Positions 1-10,584 are shown, counted from the stretch's first letter. The stretch: DNA of 64,000 bases from an uncultured Nitrospiraceae bacterium (GCA_963811165.1 CAWEQH010000010.1:992001-1056000); one strand, 5' to 3'. Numbers and translations: made by a program. The notes: a model not told the origin generated them from the letters alone.

Positions 1-55
1 GTTTCCAAAAAATGAATTCAGGCAGATTTGATCCGGAATATTCTAAAATAGACGT

Positions 56-418
56 ATGAAGGCAAAGAAGAACCTTATCGCCGTCGGGGACCGGGTGCTC
101 ATAGATCCCGACGAGAGGACGGACAGGACCACTTCCGGTCTCTATCTGCCGCCCACGGTCAGGGAAAAGGAGAAAGTCATCGGCGGCTACGTCATAAGGA
201 CCGGCCCGGGGTACGCGATCCACGACCCGGTTTCCGAGGAGTCCTGGTCCGCCGACAGGAAAGCACTTAAGTACATACCGCTTCAGGCGGTCGAGGGCGA
301 CTACGCGATCTTCTTAAAAGAGTCGGCGATAGAGATTGAATTCGAAGGAAAGAAATACCTTATTGTCCCCCATTCCGCCATACTCGCCCTGGTGAGAACG
401 GATTTGGAAGAAACGTAG
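56..418 (+). CDS. GroES/Cpn10-family co-chaperonin-like protein (long, stand-alone type)
   Basis: GDRVLI..., T.SGLYLP, G.VIRTGPG and EFEGKKYLIV...ILA match the Cpn10 pattern. No groEL follows it. Confidence 0.85.
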   Translation: MKAKKNLIAVGDRVLIDPDERTDRTTSGLYLPPTVREKEKVIGGYVIRTGPGYAIHDPVSEESWSADRKALKYIPLQAVEGDYAIFLKESAIEIEFEGKKYLIVPHSAILALVRTDLEET

Positions 419-420
419 CC

Positions 421-816
421 TTAGCCGTATATATATTTTCCAACAAGACTGAACAAAAGCGCTGCCAGAACAATCGCGGTAACAAAAACATATGTTCGGT
501 CATGCTGTTTCGCAAAGGCAAACAGGAGAAAAGCCACCCAGGCAACCGGGGTAAACATCAGAAGGAGAAGCCCGAACTGAATTATGCCGCGGCTCCGCAG
601 AGAGAAAGCATCTTTTACTATTCCATGCACGGTGCGCAGGTCCGCGGGTTCGCCTGAAAAGATTTTGTACTCGGGGGCGACTGTCCCATATTTTATCAGA
701 TAGAGAACGCCTCCGATAATCACAAAAAAAGAGGCAATGATAACACCGGCCCGCAGGAAATTGCCCACGATTAATTCGATATGCTCGTCTGTCCAGGCGT
801 ATTTCCCCCGCACCAT
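421..816 (-). CDS. DUF1634-type membrane protein
   Basis: Three hydrophobic segments and an IIQFGLLLLMFTP motif. Directly abuts a TauE gene, its usual partner. Confidence 0.8.
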   Translation of the reverse strand: MVRGKYAWTDEHIELIVGNFLRAGVIIASFFVIIGGVLYLIKYGTVAPEYKIFSGEPADLRTVHGIVKDAFSLRSRGIIQFGLLLLMFTPVAWVAFLLFAFAKQHDRTYVFVTAIVLAALLFSLVGKYIYG

Positions 817-1653
817 TCAGATTTTTCCCGTCAAGCCGTTGTATATCATTTGGAGAGCAAGAATAAGTATGACTATGCTGAACACCGTTCTCAAAAGACG
901 GGTCCTTGCCTTTACAAGTATGCGCGCTCCGGTCATAGCCCCCATAAGCACGCCAAGCATCACAGGCATCGAGAGCCCTGGATCAACGTACCCGCGATTG
1001 AGATATATTCCGACACTGGCGGCCGCAGTTACGCCGATCATAAAGTTACTCGTGGTCGTCGAGACCTTAAAGGGGATGCGCATAAAGTGGTCCATCGCAA
1101 GCACCTTTACCGCGCCTGAGCCGATGCCCAGCAGGCCAGATAGGGTGCCGGCCGAAAACATCAGGCCAAAGCCCGTGGGTACTGCGTGTACATGATATGC
1201 TTGCCGGCCTTCGGCGGAGGGAAAACTTCCGTCCAGCCTCAGCCGGGTTGACAGCGGGTCGGGACGGTCGGTGCCGCCGTCCTCTCGTGGCGGTCGTGAG
1301 GAGAGATACGCAGAATGTATAAGTACGACACCAAAGATTACCGCAAGTAAAGAGGTGTGTATGCGTGACGCCATGAAAGCTCCGCACAGGGCGCCCAGCG
1401 TAGTTGCTATTTCAAGAAACATCCCGATGCGGATATTGGTATAGCCCTCCTTGACATATGCGGAAGCGGCCCCCGCGGAAGTTGCGATCACGGAGACCAG
1501 TGATGCACCGATTGCATACCTTATATCGACACCGAAAGCCAGGGTAAGTAACGGCACAATAACAACTCCTCCTCCGAGTCCCGTCAGTGAACCTAAAAGA
1601 CCGGCCAAAAAAGAACCCATCCAGACAAGGGATGTAAACTCAGCGATATTCAT
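817..1653 (-). CDS. TauE/SafE (TSUP) family sulfite exporter-like permease
   Basis: Duplicated GLGGG / GIGSG motifs, STTTSNFMIG, multiple TM segments. Confidence 0.9.
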   Translation of the reverse strand: MNIAEFTSLVWMGSFLAGLLGSLTGLGGGVVIVPLLTLAFGVDIRYAIGASLVSVIATSAGAASAYVKEGYTNIRIGMFLEIATTLGALCGAFMASRIHTSLLAVIFGVVLIHSAYLSSRPPREDGGTDRPDPLSTRLRLDGSFPSAEGRQAYHVHAVPTGFGLMFSAGTLSGLLGIGSGAVKVLAMDHFMRIPFKVSTTTSNFMIGVTAAASVGIYLNRGYVDPGLSMPVMLGVLMGAMTGARILVKARTRLLRTVFSIVILILALQMIYNGLTGKI

Positions 1654-1710
1654 TGCCTCATTGTCTCCGTAATTATCTTCCCTGAATTACTATGTCGAAC
1701 TATCCTTTAA

Positions 1711-1739
1711 ATTCTATTTCAGATTATGGCCGGACGCAA
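1711..1739 (-). promoter_or_regulatory. sigma-70-type promoter TTGCGT-N17-TAGAAT upstream of the TauE gene
   Basis: The minus strand reads ttgcgt ccggccataatctgaaa tagaat. A near-identical copy lies at 10473-10501. Confidence 0.6.
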
Positions 1740-2157
1740 TAAAAGAAGGCTGAACAACCGGACTCCGAAGATAAAACAGAGGGATACTGCGAGAAAGACC
1801 AGACCACCTCTCAAAAGTATTCAGCAGCCACTTAGCCCTTCACGATGTGAAGGGCCAAGATGTTTGGACTCAACCTAACACTGTTCGGAAATGTTCCTGG
1901 CAATAGCGACTCCGCCAAGTTCGTGATACGTAACAATTGCGTTACGGTCAACGCTCACGTCTTTCACCGGTTCTCTCGCGTTACACACATTAAGCTTTGT
2001 ATCTTTATTCAGAAATATGTTCTACGTGTCGTTCGGAAACTGCCTCTTTTGTCGAAAGTCGTGTTCGGGCACCGCAATGTGGATTGATACTTTCTGCGTC
2101 CCCTTCCTTCTTGTATTCGCCCCCTTTAAAGGTTATATTGTTAAACAGGACAATAAT

Positions 2158-2814
2158 ATGATCCCTTTAGGCGATATTGATCGAAGGCCCATAAGCTTCC
2201 CCGTCATTACTGCAATTATTATTTCAGCGAATGTCTCTATCTTTCTGCTTGAATTATTCAATGGAGATGCATTTATCCTCCGGTGGTCGTTAATTCCTGC
2301 AGAGATTGCAAGAGGACGAAATCTGATCACGATCCTCAGCGCCATGTTCATGCATGCCGGCTGGCTGCATATAATCGGTAACATGGTATATTTCTGGGCT
2401 TTCGGGCCGGAGATGGAGGATGTGATGAATAAAGGCGGCTTCCTGATTTTCTATTTATCAGGCGGACTGGTGGCATCACTGGCACAGGTCGTAGTAAATC
2501 CGAAATCTACAGTCCCCAACCTTGGAGCGAGCGGCGCTATTGCAGCGGTTATGGGAGCCTTTCTCATCACCTTCCCCCGCGACAGAATTCGTACGGTGAT
2601 TTTGCTCGGCTGGTTTTTCTTTATTCGTTTTATCCCTGCAATAATACTGGTGGGATTCTGGTTTGTCATACAGCTATTCAGCGAGGTCGGAGTAGGAGCA
2701 CAAAGGCAGACCGGTGGGGTAGCTTATATGGCACACATCAGCGGGTTTATATTCGGTATGGCGTCAGCACGTCTTTTTGAGTCCCGTCAGAGGCGTGCCA
2801 AGCTGGGGATCTGA
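2158..2814 (+). CDS. Rhomboid family intramembrane serine protease
   Basis: MFMHAGWLHIIGNM, catalytic GASG and AH motifs. ATG 2158 (MIPLGD) preferred as start. Confidence 0.92.
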   Translation: MIPLGDIDRRPISFPVITAIIISANVSIFLLELFNGDAFILRWSLIPAEIARGRNLITILSAMFMHAGWLHIIGNMVYFWAFGPEMEDVMNKGGFLIFYLSGGLVASLAQVVVNPKSTVPNLGASGAIAAVMGAFLITFPRDRIRTVILLGWFFFIRFIPAIILVGFWFVIQLFSEVGVGAQRQTGGVAYMAHISGFIFGMASARLFESRQRRAKLGI

Positions 2815-2881
2815 AATGGACGCAGCGGTGTTTCATGCTTTTTCTTAAAATCCCGAGATACATGGAGGACGGAAATTTGAG

Positions 2882-3853
2882 ATGAAAAGAACTACACTTT
2901 TCTTTATCCTCTGTGTTGCAATACTTTCGGGATGCACCGGACTTCATGTATCCCTTCTGCCCGAGACAGAACCGCTTGTGGAGAAAATCCTTGAAGGCGA
3001 TGGAAAGCAAAAAATACTTCTTATTGATCTGGACGGTGTGATCTCTTTCAAGGAGGAAAAAGACATTCTGAATTTTAGGACGGGACCCTCGAAAGTCGCC
3101 TTTTTCAGGGAGGCCCTCCTCAAGGCCGAGGCAGACCCCGAGATCTCGGGTGTGATCCTGAGAATAAACTCGCCAGGCGGCACCGTTGCCGCAAGCGATG
3201 CGATCTACCATGAGATCATGAGCTTCAGAAAGAAAAGGAAAGTACCCGTTCATGCCTATATTATGGAGGTGGGCGCTTCGGGGGGATATTATGTGGCCTC
3301 GGCAGCCGACCGAATCATTGCAAGTCCCACTGCCATAGTGGGCAGCATAGGCGTCATCGCCATGAAATTCAATATCGAGGGGCTTATGTCGAAGATCGGG
3401 GTCTCTGAGGAGACCTACAAATCAGGCCCGAAAAAGGACTTCTGGTCGCCCTTCCGACCCACCACGCCGGAGGAGAAGAAGATGTTCCAGGACATCATCG
3501 ACAGGCTTTATGCCCGCTTTACCGAAGTCGTCTGCGCAAACAGGCAGAAGCTCCTCGCCGAACAGGAGATCATGGCCCTTGCCGACGGCAGGGTGTTTGT
3601 CTCAAACGAGGCCCTCGCGGCAAAACTGATCGACCGGGTGGCATATCTGGATGAAACGATCACCGATATGAAAAACGATCTCAATATTAGGCAAGCGAAG
3701 GTGATCACCTATGTCAGACCCAAGACCTACAAATCGAACATATATTCGGAAATGCCTCTGCCTGGCCCCCAGGTGATAAACCTGATCTCGGTAAACGCCG
3801 AGGATCTTTCCCTTTTGTCAGGGGTGCAGTTCATGTATATCTGGAACCCCTAG
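2882..3853 (+). CDS. sppA: Signal peptide peptidase SppA (S49, short form), probable lipoprotein
   Basis: LSGC lipobox; LRINSPGG, GASGGYY and GSIGVI motifs. Confidence 0.92.
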   Translation: MKRTTLFFILCVAILSGCTGLHVSLLPETEPLVEKILEGDGKQKILLIDLDGVISFKEEKDILNFRTGPSKVAFFREALLKAEADPEISGVILRINSPGGTVAASDAIYHEIMSFRKKRKVPVHAYIMEVGASGGYYVASAADRIIASPTAIVGSIGVIAMKFNIEGLMSKIGVSEETYKSGPKKDFWSPFRPTTPEEKKMFQDIIDRLYARFTEVVCANRQKLLAEQEIMALADGRVFVSNEALAAKLIDRVAYLDETITDMKNDLNIRQAKVITYVRPKTYKSNIYSEMPLPGPQVINLISVNAEDLSLLSGVQFMYIWNP

Positions 3854-3870
3854 ACGGGCGAATCGGAACG

Positions 3871-6276
3871 TTACTCTATCCTTACCTGAAAGTCCCTCCC
3901 TTCCCAGAGGCCTGCGTCCGGCCAGTAGAAAGTAAATGCAACAGAAGTCCCCGCAGAAAGCTTTTCTGCAGGCAGGTCAACATAGTGCAGTCCGAACCCG
4001 CTGTCTTTTGTCTCGGCGTCATGAACGTCATTCCATCCGTCAGGACTCCAGTGGACAGTCGCCCGGCTTAGCACCTCTACACGGAGTGTCTTTGTCGGGG
4101 GCATAGTTCTGCATTTATGGTTGAACCTCCAGATACTGAGCGACGATTCAGTCTTTTTCCTTACATATCGTTCCACAGTCTGGGAAGGAGTATCGAAAAC
4201 ACGACCATCTCTAAGGGAACGGAGAAGTTTTATATATTCCGCATGGGCCCAGACAAGCGGCATCGCAGAACCTGAAGGTCTTCCAAAAAAGAGTTCCCTC
4301 TCGGGTATGTCGCGGGAGTCCCAAATCTGCTCCGGGATCATCCCTCCTTCATTGGCAAAGGCGGCCATCACCTTCATCAGTCTTTCCGCCTCTTCCTTGT
4401 TTCCGACCGCAAGTTCATAATGGGCGCGCTCGCCAGTGAGAAGCGGCCAGAGTCGTCCCACGCCTGTGCCGTCGAACGGCGAGCCGTCATCGTGTTCTCC
4501 GTAGCCATCGTCGTTATATCGGTGCCATGCCGGGCCAAAGGGCGTTTCGACTCTGAGAAGCGCATCGATTACCCTTATGGTATCGAGTATCCGCTGGTCG
4601 TCCGGCGCGCGGAGACCGAACCGCACAAGCGCCAGGGCATCGGGACTTACTATCTGCGATGCCGGCATACTGCTCTGTCCCGCAGGCCTGTTCTTTATAG
4701 GAACGAACCCGTTTGCAGGAGATGCAGCATCGGCTGTTTCCGGCGGAGCTATACGCACGTAATATCCGTCAACGCCTGCCTTTTTGGCGATCTCACCCCC
4801 CCTCGTATAAATCCAGCGCTCTATACCTGAATTCCAGGCATCCGCAGTCTCACGGAGAAAGGCTGCCGGTCCGGGCTCATCATTTACTTCCGCGAGGTCC
4901 GCTGCGGCCAGCAGCGCGGAGATTTCCACTGCAAGGGTAAACGGCGAATAGCCACCGTCCTCTTCCCATCGGTCCTGCTGCGTCACCGGACCATTCCGCA
5001 CGATAAACCCTGCAGCAGTTTTCACCATCTGCCAGAGCTTTTCCATGTCACCGCCAACCAAGGCACGTTCCCGTCTCGCGAGATCAACGAGCAGGATAGG
5101 AAATGCCGTTTCGTCTATCTGTATACCCGACCAGTATTGAGAGCCGTCGAGCCACATGTTCTGAGGCCAGTGGCCGTCCTCTTCCTGAGTCGTCAGCAGA
5201 TAATGAAGTATGCGGTGCACATCATCAAAGGCGCCCGCCGCCAGAAACCCACCGGCGGCCTCTGCAAGGTCACGCGGCCAGACGAGATGGTACCCGCCGA
5301 GGTCGTCGTCTCCCTTGGCAAAGCCCCAGGGGATCGCAAGACTCGCGATAACGCCGCCCGGGAAGTTATTGGCCTCGTGCGTCCTGAGGACCGCGGTGCT
5401 CACACTGCAAAGGTCTCGGCTGCCGGAGCTTGTTCCGCCCTTGAGAGAAAGGGTCCGCTGCCACATCAGCCACTCGCGGATATAGTCATCTTTCGCAGCG
5501 TCGAATCCGTCGATAAGACTCGCACGGGCGCGGTTGCCCGCCTCGGCCGCGTTTCTTCCGAAGCCCAGTGCGAGGAGGAAACCGCCCTTGCCGGAAACAA
5601 TGTCTATCTCTGCGGTCAGGGCAACGTTGCCGTTTTCAGCTCTCTCGTATGTCCATGTCATCTCTTTGTGCTGCATCAGATCATGCCAGCCGTCGGACAC
5701 CCCGACAAAGCCCGCGGAACGCTTCAACCAGGGGGCTGAGCAGGCAAGTGCGAGGGTAAAAGAGTCTCGTTGCGCAAAGAGCATCGGGATTCCCTTATAA
5801 TCGCCCATCCATGCGGTGTTTTCGTCGCCCCTGTTTCCAAGGTGGGGAGTGAGAAGGACATGGAGACGATAGTCCTTTAACTCTCCCTGCACCGGGGTAA
5901 AAAGGGTCTGCTGGAGCACGACGTCCCGCCTCGGGTCCGCCACGATCTCTTTTTCGATCCTGTAACGGCCCTGTTTGCAGGTATTTTCGAGACGAAAGGC
6001 CGGGACCCCTTCTGCCAGGTAAGAAACTGAGGATGCCGCATGACGTTTCTCCTCGGAGAAAAAGTCCCGTCCGTCCGTAACGATCAGTCCCATGTCTCGA
6101 GTGCACGCAAGGTCTAAACGAGGGAAATAGATCTCGTTGAAGATACCGTGGCTGATCGTGAACCAGACGCGGCTTAAGGGGCTCAGAGACGTGCCGACGC
6201 CGCTCTTTGCGCTCGAAGTCCATCGTGGTTCGGAACCAGGCCGGCCCGGTGCATTAGAATTGACGATCATATCCAC
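3871..6276 (-). CDS. GH15 glucoamylase/glucodextranase-type glucan 1,4-alpha-glucosidase
   Basis: APG.PG..PRWTSSAK.GVG N-terminus; GGYHLVWPRD, QDRWEE, YNDDGYGE, IPEQIW and PLVWAHAEY motifs. Confidence 0.92.
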   Translation of the reverse strand: MDMIVNSNAPGRPGSEPRWTSSAKSGVGTSLSPLSRVWFTISHGIFNEIYFPRLDLACTRDMGLIVTDGRDFFSEEKRHAASSVSYLAEGVPAFRLENTCKQGRYRIEKEIVADPRRDVVLQQTLFTPVQGELKDYRLHVLLTPHLGNRGDENTAWMGDYKGIPMLFAQRDSFTLALACSAPWLKRSAGFVGVSDGWHDLMQHKEMTWTYERAENGNVALTAEIDIVSGKGGFLLALGFGRNAAEAGNRARASLIDGFDAAKDDYIREWLMWQRTLSLKGGTSSGSRDLCSVSTAVLRTHEANNFPGGVIASLAIPWGFAKGDDDLGGYHLVWPRDLAEAAGGFLAAGAFDDVHRILHYLLTTQEEDGHWPQNMWLDGSQYWSGIQIDETAFPILLVDLARRERALVGGDMEKLWQMVKTAAGFIVRNGPVTQQDRWEEDGGYSPFTLAVEISALLAAADLAEVNDEPGPAAFLRETADAWNSGIERWIYTRGGEIAKKAGVDGYYVRIAPPETADAASPANGFVPIKNRPAGQSSMPASQIVSPDALALVRFGLRAPDDQRILDTIRVIDALLRVETPFGPAWHRYNDDGYGEHDDGSPFDGTGVGRLWPLLTGERAHYELAVGNKEEAERLMKVMAAFANEGGMIPEQIWDSRDIPERELFFGRPSGSAMPLVWAHAEYIKLLRSLRDGRVFDTPSQTVERYVRKKTESSLSIWRFNHKCRTMPPTKTLRVEVLSRATVHWSPDGWNDVHDAETKDSGFGLHYVDLPAEKLSAGTSVAFTFYWPDAGLWEGRDFQVRIE

Positions 6277-7370
6277 TCGATCACCCCCTTTATTTCATCC
6301 GCGGGATGACCCTGCAGCGCCCTTTCAAATTCTTCAGGACGATAACGGTGGGTGATCAGTCTTTCAACATGATCTCCCCAGCGATGTCTTGCATCCACAA
6401 GGTCGCCGACCGCCATCTGAAAATTGCCGCGAGAAGCATTGACGCTGCCGAGCATTACCTGATTGCCGAGCACAAGCCTTCTCACCAATTCGGCTCCCGG
6501 TATCTGTAAAGGACGGTCTCCGCCGGGGATCCCGGTTAGTACATAGATGCCGTTTATACCGAGCGCATCGAGGAGGTTGAATTCGAGCGAGGCGACGCCT
6601 GTGGCCTCGAAGATGAGGTCCATCGCCCCAAGCTCCTGCGGCACGCGGTCCGGCGTCACCTTTCTTCCATCGACATATCTGCCGCCGATGAATTCAAGCC
6701 ATATAGGTCTTGCCGTGCCGGGGTCGACAATATCGGTCCCGTATACCTCTGCCCCCCTGAGGCTGAGCACCATCGCGGCAAGCAGGCCGACAGGGCCGAG
6801 TCCGGCGACAAGACATCGTCTTCCCCGAAGCCAGAGAAGACTGGCAGGCGCATCGGGCAGGCGTGCGGCCTGGGCCCTCACCGCTTCATCTATCGCCTTC
6901 TCGGCAATCGAGAGCGGCTCGGTAAGAACGCCAACCGCCTCAAGTTCATCCGGCAAATGCACCGCATGGATCTCCCGGTCTACCACGAATCCGGTCTCGT
7001 ACCCGTCGAGCCCCTTGATACCACGCTCCCTATAATCTCCGGTACTGCACATATCGGCCCGGTCCATAATACAGGCAGGACATCTTCCGCATCCGCGCCG
7101 CACGGTAAAGACACAGTAATCGCCGGCCTTCACACGCGTGACACCACTGCCCGTTTCCACGACCTGTCCGAACATCTCATGTCCGATAACAAGTTCGCTG
7201 CTTCCCTTCGGAGCGTCCGCCCGTCCTCCTGATGCTTCTTCCCTGTCGGTGCCGCAGATACCAACGCGAAGCACGCGCAATTTGATTTCGTCAGTCGCCG
7301 TAATAGAGGGCTGGGGCCGGTCGACGAGCCGGAGGTTTGTCGTTCCAGTGACAATGGATATCGCCTTCAT
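6267..7370 (-). CDS. Zn-dependent glucose 1-dehydrogenase (MDR family)
   Basis: GICGTD, GHE, CxxCxxC...C structural Zn site, GLGPVG and GSVNA motifs. Overlaps the GH15 start. Confidence 0.88.
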   Translation of the reverse strand: MKAISIVTGTTNLRLVDRPQPSITATDEIKLRVLRVGICGTDREEASGGRADAPKGSSELVIGHEMFGQVVETGSGVTRVKAGDYCVFTVRRGCGRCPACIMDRADMCSTGDYRERGIKGLDGYETGFVVDREIHAVHLPDELEAVGVLTEPLSIAEKAIDEAVRAQAARLPDAPASLLWLRGRRCLVAGLGPVGLLAAMVLSLRGAEVYGTDIVDPGTARPIWLEFIGGRYVDGRKVTPDRVPQELGAMDLIFEATGVASLEFNLLDALGINGIYVLTGIPGGDRPLQIPGAELVRRLVLGNQVMLGSVNASRGNFQMAVGDLVDARHRWGDHVERLITHRYRPEEFERALQGHPADEIKGVIEWI

Positions 7371-7417
7371 GTTATATATACACCCCCTGTCAATTTTCCT
7401 GCATGTTCACAGTCGAC

Positions 7418-10400
7418 TCATAAGGGGACATTGAATTCGAGCTGCCGTTCTCCGAAAAGGAATCTTTTCCTCTTCACCTTTATGTGCGCCGACTCATAGG
7501 GCTTCTTGTCGGAAAGGGCGATCCTGACATCGTCGGTCGTCTCTATTTTCCAATCATCTACCGATATAATCGCATCCCCTTTTGTCAGCCCTGCTTTTGC
7601 TGCTGCGCTATCACGAGAGAAGTCTTCGATGACCACCCCGTCATCCCTTTTTTGAAGAATGACCCCAAGCTTTGCGCTGAACGGGGGACTAAGGGGGTTT
7701 GAAAAAACAACATAGTTTCCGATGCCCCCATCGAAGTCACCGTTGATGATCGTGGCATATTCCCGACCGGTAAGCCTCTTTAGTCTCTGAGGTATCCCCG
7801 AATCGTACATGACGTGTTCCTGTCCCGCAAACACTACAAGCTGGTACCCCGGCTTTTCCTTCAGAAAATCCGCCGCAGAATGGGCCATTGTCTCGTCCCA
7901 GAGTATCTGCGACTGATAAAAATTATCGAATGTTGTCCCGGGGGGATGGTCTTCGAATACAGCCCGTAACCTCGTCCTGTAAGCGGCGTCGGACATGTCC
8001 ATGTCCTGAGGTATCTCCTTCCTCTCCTCCTCCGAAAGGGCATCGATTCCCCCGGCGGACACTTTGTCAATGATCTCCGTCCTGAGGTTAAGTGCCACAA
8101 CAGGAATTCCCTTCGCCTTCGCAAACTCAAGTATCTCCCTGTAGAGGTGATAATCAAAGCCCCATCTTCTGAAGTATTCGGACCTCTTCAGGAACTCCTT
8201 CTCGCCGATCGCACCGGAGAGGTATTCGTCCATCACTTTCTGGAAAGGACGCTGAAACATCTCCATTCCTACGGCGAATTTTCTGCCCTTTTTGTGCAGA
8301 TTCATGATGACAGCGAGTTCCACTTTATGGTCCTCGTAATTCGCGTGTCGTTCCCCGACGAATATTACCGGCTCGTAGGAGATATTGTCGATAATCTTGT
8401 CAAGAGCAAGTGATTTCTCCGGCGCCACCCCTTCCACTGGTTCCACAAGATTGAATCTCATGCCGCGGTCTGTTTCCGCGGTCTCCTTTGACACGTTCAC
8501 CCCCTTTTCGAACCGTATGGTTGTGTATTTTCCGTAATGGAAGATTTTTCTCACGGCAAGGCTTACCTCCTCCCGGGAGTCACTGTTTGCATAGGCCACG
8601 ACCCTTGCGGTATTCAGGGGATTATTTCTCACTGTAAGTACAAAGCCTGGTCCCGGCTTCTTCACCCCTCCGAAGAGTCTCTTGAGCACCGGGCTTTCAT
8701 GTCCCAGGACAAAGAGGGAAGAAGTCCGGATATCCTCGTCCTTAAGATCAGTTACTTCCTTTGCCGCAAACCCCTCATCCTTGAAAATTTCGATCAAATC
8801 CCCGTATATGCCTTTTTCTTTTTCTGAATAGACAATCAATCTTTTTTCATCTCCAAGGAGCCTTGAAATGACCGGGGGATATTCGCTTTCCTCAAGTCTC
8901 CTCATGACATCATAGTTTCCGTCAAGGATCAAGGTACGCGGATCGTCACCGGAGGCAATATCGAAATACTGTCTCTCTTTTTCTGCGTCGATGATCTGAT
9001 CTGTCCCTTTTTCCCTTCCGCCGACAATGTGCAAGGGGATCTTCAGCTTATATGTTTCTTTTTTTTGAAGAAGCCTGAACGAAACGGCAGGCGCCCCATT
9101 TAGAATCGACGTCCCGGCATCCTCGACCTGGAGGGAGGGGATCCCTCCCCGGTCGAGCCACTGGTTGAAAAACCATCCCAGGTCCCTTCCATACGTTTCT
9201 TCAAAAGATCCTCTGATGTCTTCCCATGTCGCGTCACGAAATTTGTTTTTCCCAATGAGCTTTCTCAGTGACCCGTAGAACGTTTCCTCTCCTACAAGCT
9301 TCCGGAGCATATGAAAGAGCATCGCACCTTTTCCGTAACCGATCGCCATCGATGCAAAACCCGTCCTTCCCGAAAAAGCCCTCAGCGGAAATTCTTTTTC
9401 GGGGGTGACGTAGCTCTGGTAGTCGGCAAGGATCTTCTTTCTGTATTCCCATCCCTTGCCTTTCTGCTCCTCGTAAAGGTGGTCCGAGAGATAGGTAGTG
9501 ATCCCTTCGAGCCAGTTGCCCTTGGCAAAGTCCGCGTACACATAGTTGCCGAACCACTGATGGGTGATCTCATGTCCCAGGGAAGTTTGCACGATGAAAG
9601 GAAGGCGGACCACTTCGCGGCCCAGGAGCGTGAAGGTCGGCATCGAATATCCGGTGGGCAGAAAGTTCTCGACAACGGAGAACCTTTTGTACGGGTAGGG
9701 AACCAAAAGCCTATTGTACATCTCAAAATACTTTTTGCTGTATTCGATGTAGGTTTCGGCAAGCGAAATGTCTTCAGGAAAAAAGTATGCATAGATGTCT
9801 ATGCCGTCGATAGTGCCTTTTGCTTCCCTGTACTTACCGGCGACGAAATCTACTCCGTTGAGCGGATGGGGGAACGAGAATGTATATTCCCCGCCCGTGG
9901 ATGTTTCTTTGTGCATAATTTCATCCGCCTCGGATATCGCAGTGAAGCCGGCAGGTACCAGCGCGGTGAGCCTGTAATAAAGAGGCCCTTTTAATGAGGG
10001 GTACCAGCTGCCGGTGAGGGATATCCCCTCCGGGCTGATCACGTCTCCCTGAACGACGCCGGCATTCTCAAGGTTTTCAGTCCTCCGCCGGCCTCCGCTA
10101 AAGATACCCATATATGTTATTACCAGCTTGCCTTTGCCGGATGCCTTTATTACACCTTCCTTTTTGTCGTACTCAACCGTATGGCCGTTCAGACCCGCGG
10201 ACATAATAGCGAGATTGCCTGTCGATACAACGATGTCCGTTAATTCAGGGAATACAATCTCAGCGGTGCCCTTAAGTGAGTTTGCCTGCAGATCGAATGA
10301 GATATAGAGATTATAGGTTGGGGTCAATCTCTTTTGGTCTTCCGCGAACCCCGGACGTGTCATGATTGTCATGACCGCAGCCAGTGAAAGAAAAAAGAGT

Positions 10401-10423
10401 TTCATGCTATTTCTTGTTATCAT
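7418..10423 (-). CDS. Exported M1-family metallo-aminopeptidase fused to ChaN (heme-binding-like) and PDZ domains
   Basis: Signal peptide; HEITH...NWLEG zinc motif and YGKGAM; then VGERH...GMEMF...WGFDY (ChaN-like); C-terminal PDZ (LGV...AAKAGL..GD.I). Confidence 0.85.
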   Translation of the reverse strand: MITRNSMKLFFLSLAAVMTIMTRPGFAEDQKRLTPTYNLYISFDLQANSLKGTAEIVFPELTDIVVSTGNLAIMSAGLNGHTVEYDKKEGVIKASGKGKLVITYMGIFSGGRRRTENLENAGVVQGDVISPEGISLTGSWYPSLKGPLYYRLTALVPAGFTAISEADEIMHKETSTGGEYTFSFPHPLNGVDFVAGKYREAKGTIDGIDIYAYFFPEDISLAETYIEYSKKYFEMYNRLLVPYPYKRFSVVENFLPTGYSMPTFTLLGREVVRLPFIVQTSLGHEITHQWFGNYVYADFAKGNWLEGITTYLSDHLYEEQKGKGWEYRKKILADYQSYVTPEKEFPLRAFSGRTGFASMAIGYGKGAMLFHMLRKLVGEETFYGSLRKLIGKNKFRDATWEDIRGSFEETYGRDLGWFFNQWLDRGGIPSLQVEDAGTSILNGAPAVSFRLLQKKETYKLKIPLHIVGGREKGTDQIIDAEKERQYFDIASGDDPRTLILDGNYDVMRRLEESEYPPVISRLLGDEKRLIVYSEKEKGIYGDLIEIFKDEGFAAKEVTDLKDEDIRTSSLFVLGHESPVLKRLFGGVKKPGPGFVLTVRNNPLNTARVVAYANSDSREEVSLAVRKIFHYGKYTTIRFEKGVNVSKETAETDRGMRFNLVEPVEGVAPEKSLALDKIIDNISYEPVIFVGERHANYEDHKVELAVIMNLHKKGRKFAVGMEMFQRPFQKVMDEYLSGAIGEKEFLKRSEYFRRWGFDYHLYREILEFAKAKGIPVVALNLRTEIIDKVSAGGIDALSEEERKEIPQDMDMSDAAYRTRLRAVFEDHPPGTTFDNFYQSQILWDETMAHSAADFLKEKPGYQLVVFAGQEHVMYDSGIPQRLKRLTGREYATIINGDFDGGIGNYVVFSNPLSPPFSAKLGVILQKRDDGVVIEDFSRDSAAAKAGLTKGDAIISVDDWKIETTDDVRIALSDKKPYESAHIKVKRKRFLFGERQLEFNVPL

Positions 10424-10472
10424 GTTCCGCTCCTCTCGGACAAAAAGACTTCCTTCGCGTCTTTATTTTTAA

Positions 10473-10501
10473 ATTCTATGTCAGATTATGGCCTGACGCA
10501 A
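10473..10501 (-). promoter_or_regulatory. sigma-70-type promoter TTGCGT-N17-TAGAAT upstream of the M1-ChaN-PDZ gene
   Basis: The minus strand reads ttgcgt caggccataatctgaca tagaat. Paralogous to 1711-1739. Confidence 0.6.
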
Positions 10502-10584
10502 TGAAGGCGGGCTTGCAGATGATTCATTTTCGTGATAAATGGTAGATATACTTCAAAAAGTCGGGAAGTCATAAGGAGGCTGTC

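Noticed and set aside
56..418. GroES without groEL as a novel system
   Set aside because: Stand-alone GroES-like genes are common, and the upstream context lies outside the window.
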